Source: Bdellovibrionales bacterium (GTDB lineage: Bacteria > Bdellovibrionota > Bdellovibrionia > Bdellovibrionales > UBA1609). Taken from it: DNA of 64,000 nt. The stretch covers positions 768,001 to 832,000 of the forward strand of contig OZ241456.1 of assembly GCA_965200875.1 (NCBI GenBank), read 5' to 3'. Shown here piece by piece: positions 19,902 through 28,253 of this stretch; position 1 is the stretch's first letter, and each line of letters opens with the position of its first letter. The notes below the pieces were generated by a model. It saw only the letters and a program-made list of their open reading frames with translations, had not been told where the DNA came from and made no database searches. Position numbers and translations under genes: made by a program.

Positions 19902-21350
19902 TTAATTCAGAAACACTCTTCCACATTTGTTTGGCATATATAAGTTTTCAAAATCGGTGCTGGCCAAAAAACGTGCTTCTTGCAGTTTTTCATTATTTTG
20001 TAGTTGTTTCTCTAAAGTGGAAATATGATTTTTTATTATATGTAATTGTTTTTCTGTTAATAAATCGTTATTTTCGAAATTTATAAGTTCAAATACTAAA
20101 TTTGGTTGTGTTGGCAAAGTGTGGTATTTGGTCAGTGAAAATTGTGTGTTATTTTCTGTTATATTGTTGGAAAAGTTGACCACTCGCCAGCCGGGTTTGA
20201 TCCAGACTTGATACCTTCCTGTGTTTGGATCTACTACTTTAAACAGCGGAGATTGTTGTTGGGATAGAAGGTAAATTTCTTTAGCTCTATTGGCATAGAT
20301 ATAGGACTGCATCAAGTTTTTTGCAATTCCTAGCCCTTCTTTTAACATATAACTTAGCAGAAGAGAAGCTTTAATAGAGGCTACATCTTTATATTTCCCC
20401 CACTTTGTGGATATTTCCTTCAGTAATTCAGATGACTCTGTGTAATTGCCTTCAGATATATATATTTTTATTAAAAACACTCTTGATTCGTCGTTTCCTT
20501 TTTTGATAGCTTTGATAAAATTTTTTTTAGCCAGACTGGTTCTGTTATTTCTTTGATGTATTATTCCCCTGTAAGTCATAGAAGCGGCAATAGCAAATTT
20601 CTGTTTGTGTATTGAATCATCAAAAAATTTTAAGGCATTGCTATACTGTTTTTTTAAAAATAATACAGTACCCATTAGAAAATTAAAGGGTGGTAGGGCA
20701 TTATTTATACCTTTTTTCTGTATTTCCTGTAAGCTTTGATAGATTATCTCCATGTTTTGTTTTTTTGTATCGGGTGATAAAGACTCTGTTTTTATTGTGA
20801 GGGCAGGTATAACCAGATAAGCCAAAGCATATCCTGTATCTTTTGCCTTATGTAAATAATGAAGACCTTTTTCTTTGTCATTGGTTTTTATATAGGAAAA
20901 ACCAAGTGAAAAATACGCAGGTGGGGTTTTGGTTTTTTGTATCAGGTTTTCTATTCTTGTGATTTGAGCGGGACTTAACTGTAATACAGTTTTATCAGTT
21001 AATTGGATTATATTTGTAAGTGTACTGTTAACGATGTAGTATATATAAAATAATATCCTTTGTGCGCTCTGATTATGGTGTTCCGCTGAAAACAATAATT
21101 CCTCAAGAGATTTGTATTCCATGTAGTTCTGAAGGGCTGTAAAATTTTTCTTTTCGTATTCCACATGTAAAATATCAGACACAACTGCCATGAAAACTGT
21201 TTCCAAGTCCAGTGCTCTGGCTATGGGAAGACTTACAATGTTTATGGTAGTGACAGTAATGACGGTGATGATTAACCTGAGAACTGCATGTCTTAAAAAT
21301 TTTGTTGGAATAGAAACTTTATTATTTGTCTCAACAGGTTCATAGTTCAT
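19902..21350 (-). CDS. TPR/SEL1-like repeat protein
   Basis: Helical repeats (AYFSLGFSY…KGLHYLHKA; LSYMLKEGLGIAKN). Confidence 0.65.
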   Translation of the reverse strand: MNYEPVETNNKVSIPTKFLRHAVLRLIITVITVTTINIVSLPIARALDLETVFMAVVSDILHVEYEKKNFTALQNYMEYKSLEELLFSAEHHNQSAQRILFYIYYIVNSTLTNIIQLTDKTVLQLSPAQITRIENLIQKTKTPPAYFSLGFSYIKTNDKEKGLHYLHKAKDTGYALAYLVIPALTIKTESLSPDTKKQNMEIIYQSLQEIQKKGINNALPPFNFLMGTVLFLKKQYSNALKFFDDSIHKQKFAIAASMTYRGIIHQRNNRTSLAKKNFIKAIKKGNDESRVFLIKIYISEGNYTESSELLKEISTKWGKYKDVASIKASLLLSYMLKEGLGIAKNLMQSYIYANRAKEIYLLSQQQSPLFKVVDPNTGRYQVWIKPGWRVVNFSNNITENNTQFSLTKYHTLPTQPNLVFELINFENNDLLTEKQLHIIKNHISTLEKQLQNNEKLQEARFLASTDFENLYMPNKCGRVFLN

Positions 21351-21451
21351 ATTTTTATTTCTCCTTTTGACTTGAGCTTCATATTGTTCCTGATTTCAAT
21401 TAAGTGTTGGATATGAAAAATTTTCACACTTGAACAGAAATCCCGTTGAGG

Positions 21452-21528
<77 letters not shown>

Positions 21529-21724
21529 TTAAAAATTTGGAAAAACATCAGGTTGGCAATGGAATATTTATATGTTCATGGGGAATTAGGTAGTTATTTC
21601 TGATGATTTTCAGGAACAAAATACACAAGTTTTTTCGTTCCATCATTGAATTTAAACTCACACTTCTTTAAAAGCAAACAAAAAATTGTTTCTTTGCTTT
21701 TTAGGGTCAATTCATCTATGGTGA

Positions 21725-22180
21725 TCAAATTTTCTCTGTACTATCTAAAATCAGATTTGCCAGCTCATCTGCTTTTTTATTCTGTTCCCGACGCACATGC
21801 TGAAACTGTACCTTTTGAATCCTGCTTGCCCATTTTTTACATTCTTGGTAAAGATTTTTAATATTAGGAGATTTTACTTTATAAAGACCAGAGAGTTGTT
21901 TTACCAGAAGCTCACTGTCAGTTTTTAAAAGCAAATTGCTGATTTTATTTTCTGCACTTAACTGTAAGGCTCTTAATACTGCTGAATACTCTGCGAAATT
22001 ACTGGTCTTTATACCCAGTAAGAAAGCCTCTTCATAAATACATTCTTTGTTTCTGTTATAAACCGCAAGTCCAGCGGATGCGACTCCCGGATTGCCTCGA
22101 GAAGCACCATCAGTATGGATTAAAACCTCATTTGGCCAGTCGGCAATTTTTCCTTTATGGATTTTTTGATAAATGTCCAT
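21725..22180 (-). CDS. rnhA: Ribonuclease HI family protein
   Basis: TDGASRGNPG, NFAEY, TDSELLVKQ, HVRREQNKKADELAN. Confidence 0.92.
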   Translation of the reverse strand: MDIYQKIHKGKIADWPNEVLIHTDGASRGNPGVASAGLAVYNRNKECIYEEAFLLGIKTSNFAEYSAVLRALQLSAENKISNLLLKTDSELLVKQLSGLYKVKSPNIKNLYQECKKWASRIQKVQFQHVRREQNKKADELANLILDSTEKI

Positions 22181-23073
22181 TATTCTGACTTTAGCCCTGA
22201 AGGGGAATCATCGGTTTTTTCTGGTTTTTCCGTTTCACTGGATTTGTCGATTTTTCCCGATTTTTCCGTTTCATCAGATTTGCCACTGTGTTGATCCGTT
22301 TTTATTTCTTTATTCTTCTTTTTTTCGTCTGATTGTTCCAATTCACTTTGTTCTTTATCTTTGAGTTGATTTATTTTTTCCTGCAACCTGATTTCATCTT
22401 TTTCTGGTTCACCTTGTGCAGGATGCTCTTTAGTTTTTTCTAGTTTGAGCTTATCTTGTGCTGAAGAATCATTAAATATCTTTTCTTCTTGAATGTCCTG
22501 TTCTTTTTTCTCCAGCTCTTTTTCGTTCAAATCTTCTCCCAGTGTTTCCTGAGTGCTGGTGTCCTCATTTTGGTTCCCCTCTTCCAGCTTCATACTGTCT
22601 TCTGTACTTTCCTCTGTATCTTCTTCAAATTTTTCGGAAACGGAAAAAAGCGTGACAGGTTCCTGGAATTTCAATTTAGTATTGTTGATTTCAATATTGT
22701 CCACACTCCATAGATCATATTTATCATCAGCTCCCACCTCTTTTCTGTTCATTAGGGCCTTGCCTTCCACAGAAAGATTTAATTGGTCATTATCATCAAA
22801 AGAATATTTGAAATGCGCGCTGATTTGACCTCTTTTATAAGTGGATTGTGTCCATATTGTCTTGAAACGGAAATTTCGCACAAGGGGTTTTTGCTCTAAA
22901 AGTTTTTCCTGTATAATGGCTTTTAGTTGCTCCTGGAGACTTATATGAAGTTCTTCAGGGTATTCAGGTTTTTGATAAAACATAAGCCAAGTGCTAGTCA
23001 AAAAAAAGAGAAAAAGCACACCGGATAAAATTCGAAAACGATAAGCTTTGAGTTTTGATATCTTTTTTTGCAT
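22180..23073 (-). CDS. Membrane-anchored hypothetical protein with charged low-complexity tail
   Basis: N-terminal TM helix; GGAGGAG RBS; E/K/D-rich C-terminus. Confidence 0.65.
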   Translation of the reverse strand: MQKKISKLKAYRFRILSGVLFLFFLTSTWLMFYQKPEYPEELHISLQEQLKAIIQEKLLEQKPLVRNFRFKTIWTQSTYKRGQISAHFKYSFDDNDQLNLSVEGKALMNRKEVGADDKYDLWSVDNIEINNTKLKFQEPVTLFSVSEKFEEDTEESTEDSMKLEEGNQNEDTSTQETLGEDLNEKELEKKEQDIQEEKIFNDSSAQDKLKLEKTKEHPAQGEPEKDEIRLQEKINQLKDKEQSELEQSDEKKKNKEIKTDQHSGKSDETEKSGKIDKSSETEKPEKTDDSPSGLKSE

Positions 23074-23449
23074 ATATAACTCCTCCAGCTCTTATTTTCA
23101 GCCTTTCAAAACAGGACAAATTCACTCAACAAAACCAGTTCAGAAAGAACCACATCTGACTAAAAGCTTTCACCCCTTTAAAACCCCGGTACCGGAAACT
23201 CAAAATTGGATGAACATCAAATGAGTATGGCTTGTTTTAAAATCCAAAGCAAGCGGTTTTTATATACGGATCAGGAGATTTTTATATACAAATAAGGGTA
23301 AAGATTATTATTCAAAGTTTTGCCGGTTTTTTAAAGAAAATAGCCTGATATACTCTTGTCATATTTTTTATTTCATGTTTTATTATCTGTAGTTTTCAAA
23401 TGGCGGTCTGTGGGCTTAATTTAAGTTTCCCAACTTAAAAGGAAAATCT

Positions 23450-25054
23450 TTGATCTTAAAAACAAAAATAAATACTTTGTCAGAAGATTATCAACATAAT
23501 TTCCAGTTCATGAAAAAAAAAGTGGAAAGATTAAAGCTGGCTATAGAATTGGCAAAAACCAGTGGCGGGCAAAGCCAAAAGCCTCAAAAGCACAGAAATA
23601 AATATCTGGTAAGAGAAAGAATTGAAAAGCTTAAAGACCCAGAGTCCTGCTTTTTGGAGTTCTCCATACTGGCCGGTAGAGGGCTTTATAAGGAGAATCT
23701 TCCTTCTTCAGGTATTGTCACTGGTATAGCTATTGTGCATGGCAGACCTTGCGTGATTGTAGCCAACGATTATACTGTGAAAGGTGGTGCTTATTTTCCC
23801 ATCACTATTAAAAAACATCTTCGTGCTCAGGAAATAGCTTTGGAAAATCATCTTCCTTGTATTTATTTGGTGGATAGCGGAGGAGCTTATTTACATTACC
23901 AGGATCAGGTTTTTCCTGATCGGGATCATTTTGGTCGAATTTTTTACAATCAGGCTCGTATGTCCAGTTTGGGGATTCCGCAGATTTCTGTAGTGTCAGG
24001 TTATTGCACAGCGGGAGGAGCTTATGTTCCAGCAATGTCTGATGAAAATATTATGGTTAAAGGAAGTGGAACTATTTTTCTGGGAGGCCCCCCTTTAGTA
24101 GAGGCCGCTACGGGGGAAAAAGTAAGCGCGGAGGAGTTAGGTGGAGCAATATTACACAGTGCACAATCTGGAGTAAGTGACCATATTGTGGAAACCGAAG
24201 ATCAGGCTTTGGAAAAAGCGCGGGACATTATTTTTCATTTAGGTTTTGCTCAAAAACAAAAACTACTTCGCCGGACAAATAAAGATCCTCTTTATCCGGC
24301 AGAGGAAATATACGGTGTAGTGCCATCGGACTTAAAAAAAGTTTTTGACATGAGAGAAATTATAGCTCGCCTTGTGGATGGTTCTGAATTTCACGAATTT
24401 AAAAAAAATTATGGCTCCACTTTGGTGACAGGTTGGGCGCATTTATGCGGTTTTCCGGTGGGAATATTGGCAAATAATGGTGTGTTGTTCAGTGAGTCTG
24501 CTTTAAAGTCTGCGCATTTTATTGATTTATGTGACCAAAGAGGTATTCCACTTATCTTTTTACAAAATATTGTGGGTTTTATGGTTGGAAAACAATATGA
24601 AAGCACTGGGATTACGAAGCATGGGGCGAAAATGGTGACTGCGGTTAGTTTGGCGCGTGTGCCTAAGTTCACAGTTATCGTGGGTTCATCTTATGGAGCT
24701 GGTAATTATGGAATGTGTGGACGAGCTTATCAGCCCCGTCAACTTTGGATGTGGCCATCAGCCCGCATTGCTGTGATGGGAGGTCCACAAGCGGAAAAAG
24801 TCTTGCAATCCATTAAAACTTTGAACGCAACAGGCAAGAATACAGCGAATAATGTTAATAGTCCGCCGGTAGCCACTATTGTCTCTTTGGAAAAACAGTA
24901 TGAAAGGCAAAGCTCAGCTGAATACTCAACCAACCGCTTGTGGGATGATGGTATTATTGATCCTTTGGACACCAGAAAAGTTTTGGCATTGGGGTTGGAT
25001 GCGTCTCTCTATTCTCCATTGAAGGAAAAGTCCAAAGGTATTTATCGAATGTAG
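23450..25054 (+). CDS. liuB: Methylcrotonyl-CoA carboxylase beta (carboxyltransferase) subunit
   Basis: KKHLRAQEIA, VFPDRDHFGRIFYNQA, GAGNYGMCGRAY, WDDGIIDP. Confidence 0.92.
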   Translation: MILKTKINTLSEDYQHNFQFMKKKVERLKLAIELAKTSGGQSQKPQKHRNKYLVRERIEKLKDPESCFLEFSILAGRGLYKENLPSSGIVTGIAIVHGRPCVIVANDYTVKGGAYFPITIKKHLRAQEIALENHLPCIYLVDSGGAYLHYQDQVFPDRDHFGRIFYNQARMSSLGIPQISVVSGYCTAGGAYVPAMSDENIMVKGSGTIFLGGPPLVEAATGEKVSAEELGGAILHSAQSGVSDHIVETEDQALEKARDIIFHLGFAQKQKLLRRTNKDPLYPAEEIYGVVPSDLKKVFDMREIIARLVDGSEFHEFKKNYGSTLVTGWAHLCGFPVGILANNGVLFSESALKSAHFIDLCDQRGIPLIFLQNIVGFMVGKQYESTGITKHGAKMVTAVSLARVPKFTVIVGSSYGAGNYGMCGRAYQPRQLWMWPSARIAVMGGPQAEKVLQSIKTLNATGKNTANNVNSPPVATIVSLEKQYERQSSAEYSTNRLWDDGIIDPLDTRKVLALGLDASLYSPLKEKSKGIYRM

Positions 25055-25221
25055 TTCCGCTGGAAAAAATTGAAAATTATAAAATTAAACAAATAGCTTT
25101 ATTTGGAGATTATCCTGTTTTTGCCTTTCAGGAAAGAAAAGAGGAAGTGAAAAAAACACAAAACCACAAAACCACATAAAAATATTGATTTTTTTAAAAA
25201 ACCTGATATAAATAAAGTATT

Positions 25222-25725
25222 ATGGCTACTCCTCTCGTAAAACAAGCTCAATATTTAAAAGAAAGTGGTTTCACTGAACAGCAGGCCAACGCACTTATTT
25301 ACTTTCAAAAGGACAATATTGAAAGCGTAATGGCCACTAAAAAAGACATAGCTGATGTGAGACAAGAGATCGCAGAAGTCAAAAAAGAGATCGCAGAAGT
25401 CAAAAAAGAGATCGCAGAAGTCAAAAAAGAGATCGCAGAAGTCAAAAAAGACATAGTTGGTATGAAAAAAGAGATCGCGGATGTGAGAAAAGATATTGAG
25501 CAGTTGCGTGCCGACACCAAAAAAGAGATCGCGGATGTGAGAAAAGATATTGAGCAGTTGCGTGCCGACACTAAAAAAGACATAGCAGATGTGAGAAAAG
25601 ATATTGAGCAGTTGCGTGCCGACACCAAAAAAGACCTTATTCTTCTAAAAAAAGATCTGACACTGAAGCTGGGGAGTATAATGGTGTTTGGTGTCACTAT
25701 TTTGGGATTTTTAATCAAACTTTAA
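25222..25725 (+). CDS. DUF1640/CCDC90-like coiled-coil protein with C-terminal membrane anchor
   Basis: LKESGFTEQQA…ATKKD N-terminus, heptad repeats, LTLKLGSIMV hydrophobic tail. Confidence 0.8.
   Translation: MATPLVKQAQYLKESGFTEQQANALIYFQKDNIESVMATKKDIADVRQEIAEVKKEIAEVKKEIAEVKKEIAEVKKDIVGMKKEIADVRKDIEQLRADTKKEIADVRKDIEQLRADTKKDIADVRKDIEQLRADTKKDLILLKKDLTLKLGSIMVFGVTILGFLIKL
25364..25626 (+). repeat. Coding tandem repeats: 21-bp units (about 4) then 54-bp units (3)
   Basis: AAAAAAGAGATCGCAGAAGTC repeated; 54-bp units start at 25465, 25519 and 25573. Confidence 0.9.
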
Positions 25726-25801
25726 ATTTGTGCTGATTTAGTATTTCCTGAAATGGAAAATAAAAATATTAATATAAAGTCATCAAAAAAAGTTCTCGCC
25801 T

Positions 25802-26653
25802 ATGGAGACAAAAACCTCTTCTCTGAAAATTAAAACAAAAGAAGGTATCCAGTGTATCATACTTAACCGCCCTGAAAAGCGAAACGCGCTCAATCCAAAA
25901 ATGATTGGTGAGCTTTTGTCTTTTTTTAAAAAACAACAATGGTCCTCTTCCACAAGGGTGATTATGTTGTCAGGGGAGGGAAAAGCTTTTTGTAGTGGAG
26001 CGGATTTAAAGTGGATGGCAGATGAATCTCTTTTCACCAGTGAAGAACTGGAAAACCTGTTTTCTTTGTTTGAAGCTATAACACTTTGTCCTTTGCCAGT
26101 AGTCACTTTGGTGCAGGGTTTTGCCGTGGGAGGAGGACTGGGTCTGTTATCTGTTTCGGATGTGGTTATTGCTGAGGAAAATACTCAATTTCTTTTTAGT
26201 GAAACCAAATTAGGTCTTGTTCCTTCTATAATCAGCCCTTTTGTCTTAAAGAAAATTGGTTTATCTCAAGCAAAATTTTTAATGTTGAGTGCTTTACCTT
26301 TTTCTGCTCGACAGGCAAAGGAAATTGGTCTTATTCACTTTACCGGTTCTCAGGAAAAATGTGATGATTTTTCGGAAAAATTATTGAAACACTTTAAAGA
26401 GTTGGATGGTCCGGCTGTTTCCAAAACAAAAAAATGGCTTAATTTCCTTGGTTCTCTGCCTTTCTCCCGTGTAAATTATGCCAGATGGGAAAGTGCAGAA
26501 CTTTCAGACAATCGGCTTTCGGATGAAGATTATAAATCACTAAAGTTTTCAAAAAAGAGAAGTTTAAAAACAGAAAGTGTTCGTATTATCAGCTCAGCTC
26601 GAAAAAGCGAATCTGCACAACAAAGAATCAAAAAACTTATTAATGGCCATTAA
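25802..26653 (+). CDS. liuC: Enoyl-CoA hydratase family, probable methylglutaconyl-CoA hydratase
   Basis: LNRPEKRNAL, FCSGADLKWM, GGGLGL, SETKLGLVPSIISPFV; lies between the carboxylase subunits. Confidence 0.82.
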   Translation: METKTSSLKIKTKEGIQCIILNRPEKRNALNPKMIGELLSFFKKQQWSSSTRVIMLSGEGKAFCSGADLKWMADESLFTSEELENLFSLFEAITLCPLPVVTLVQGFAVGGGLGLLSVSDVVIAEENTQFLFSETKLGLVPSIISPFVLKKIGLSQAKFLMLSALPFSARQAKEIGLIHFTGSQEKCDDFSEKLLKHFKELDGPAVSKTKKWLNFLGSLPFSRVNYARWESAELSDNRLSDEDYKSLKFSKKRSLKTESVRIISSARKSESAQQRIKKLINGH

Positions 26654-26688
26654 AGAATATACGGGAGCTAAACCAAGGGTAGTATAAT

Positions 26689-28212
26689 ATGTACAAAACA
26701 ATAAAAAAAATAGCTATTCCCAACAGAGGGGAGATAGCAGTCAGGTTGATTGCCACCTGTCGGGAGATGGGTATCGAACCAATACTGCTCTATTCTTCTG
26801 TAGATCAAAATAGTTTAGCTTATCGGCTAAGTTCCAAGAAAATCTGCATTGGTCCGGCAGAATCCCGGCAAAGTTATTTGAATATCCGTGCTGTAATAGA
26901 AGGTGCTCTGAGTACCGGTGCGGACGCTATTCATCCGGGTTATGGTTTTTTATCTGAAAAAGTGGAATTAGCCAAAGCCTGCCGTGAAAACAATATTATT
27001 TTTATTGGACCTCCTGAAAATTGCTTGGAAATTTTTGGAGATAAAGTGCGTGCGCGTAAACAAGCTATAAAACTCGGTCTTCCCGTGCTTCCTGCCTGTA
27101 CCGTTTCCGTTACAGAAAAACCGCGAGCTTCTGCTGACCACTCTTCTACAGACAAAATGTTATTGCAATCAGCTCATAAAATAGGTTTTCCCGTGATGAT
27201 TAAAGCCGTGGGAGGAGGAGGAGGAAGAGGGCTTAGAGTTGTTCATTCTGAAGAGGAGTGGGAAGAGGCTTTTTCCTCCGCTCAAAGAGAAGCAGGTTCC
27301 TCTTTTGGTTTATCAGAAGTTTTTATTGAAAAATATCTTCCTTTTGCTCGCCATATAGAAGTACAGGTTTTCGGAGATATATTGGGAAGGGTGTTTCATT
27401 TGTTTGAAAGAGATTGTTCTCTTCAAAGGAAGCATCAAAAAGTGATAGAGGAAGCACCAGCTTTACTGCCTGATTCCATTAAACAGGAAATGAGTTTAGC
27501 GGCCGTGGAGCTTTTGCAATCAGTGGGTTATGTGCAAGCTGGCACAGTGGAGTTTTTGTATCACGAAGAAAAATTTTATTTCATGGAAGTGAACCCCCGT
27601 ATTCAGGTGGAATGCCCTGTGACGGAAATGATACTGGGAATAGATCTTATAAAGGCGCAAATTTTAACAGCTCAGGGTCAAGCACCTTTTATACAGAAGG
27701 AGCTTAAGCCCCGTGGACATAGCATCCAGTGTCGCTTGTATGCGGAGGATATGCAAAAACAAATACCAGTGTTTGGTTCTTTGGCGGGCTGTCATTTTCC
27801 ACAAGGGGTAAACCGACGCTTTGATATGGGTTATGAATCAGGAGATATTGTTCCTGGGTTTTACGATGCTATGTTGGGGAAGCTGATTGTATGGGAAGAA
27901 AACCGCGCACGGGGGATAGAAAAAATGAAACAAGCCCTTGGTGAGACGATTATTTTTGGTTTAAAAACCAATCTTTCTTTTTTACAGGATATTCTTTTTC
28001 ACGAAAAGTTTGTCACGGGAAACACTCACACACGATTTTTAGAGGAGGAGTTTTTAAAATTATGGAAGGAAGAAGAAGTGGAATCCGTGAATCCAGAAAT
28101 TCTTTCTCATATTCGCCGTGTTATTTCCAATCGTAAAAGCTTGGACAATTTAGAGGAAAACCAATGGGAATCTGCAAACATTTTTAATCCTTGGACTCAT
28201 TTCAAAAAATAA
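26689..28212 (+). CDS. Biotin carboxylase subunit (MCC alpha-like, no biotinyl domain)
   Basis: NRGEIA, HPGYGFLSE, GGGGRG, ERDCSLQRKHQK, EVNPRIQVE; no AMKM motif. Confidence 0.9.
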   Translation: MYKTIKKIAIPNRGEIAVRLIATCREMGIEPILLYSSVDQNSLAYRLSSKKICIGPAESRQSYLNIRAVIEGALSTGADAIHPGYGFLSEKVELAKACRENNIIFIGPPENCLEIFGDKVRARKQAIKLGLPVLPACTVSVTEKPRASADHSSTDKMLLQSAHKIGFPVMIKAVGGGGGRGLRVVHSEEEWEEAFSSAQREAGSSFGLSEVFIEKYLPFARHIEVQVFGDILGRVFHLFERDCSLQRKHQKVIEEAPALLPDSIKQEMSLAAVELLQSVGYVQAGTVEFLYHEEKFYFMEVNPRIQVECPVTEMILGIDLIKAQILTAQGQAPFIQKELKPRGHSIQCRLYAEDMQKQIPVFGSLAGCHFPQGVNRRFDMGYESGDIVPGFYDAMLGKLIVWEENRARGIEKMKQALGETIIFGLKTNLSFLQDILFHEKFVTGNTHTRFLEEEFLKLWKEEEVESVNPEILSHIRRVISNRKSLDNLEENQWESANIFNPWTHFKK

Positions 28213-28253
28213 ATAGTCGCCCGTGAAAACGGGAATCTTGTTGGTGGAGGAGG

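Noticed and set aside
25305..25718. Antisense repeat ORF (likewise 45577-45981 and 57601-57813)
   Set aside because: Stop-free reverse frames of coding repeats
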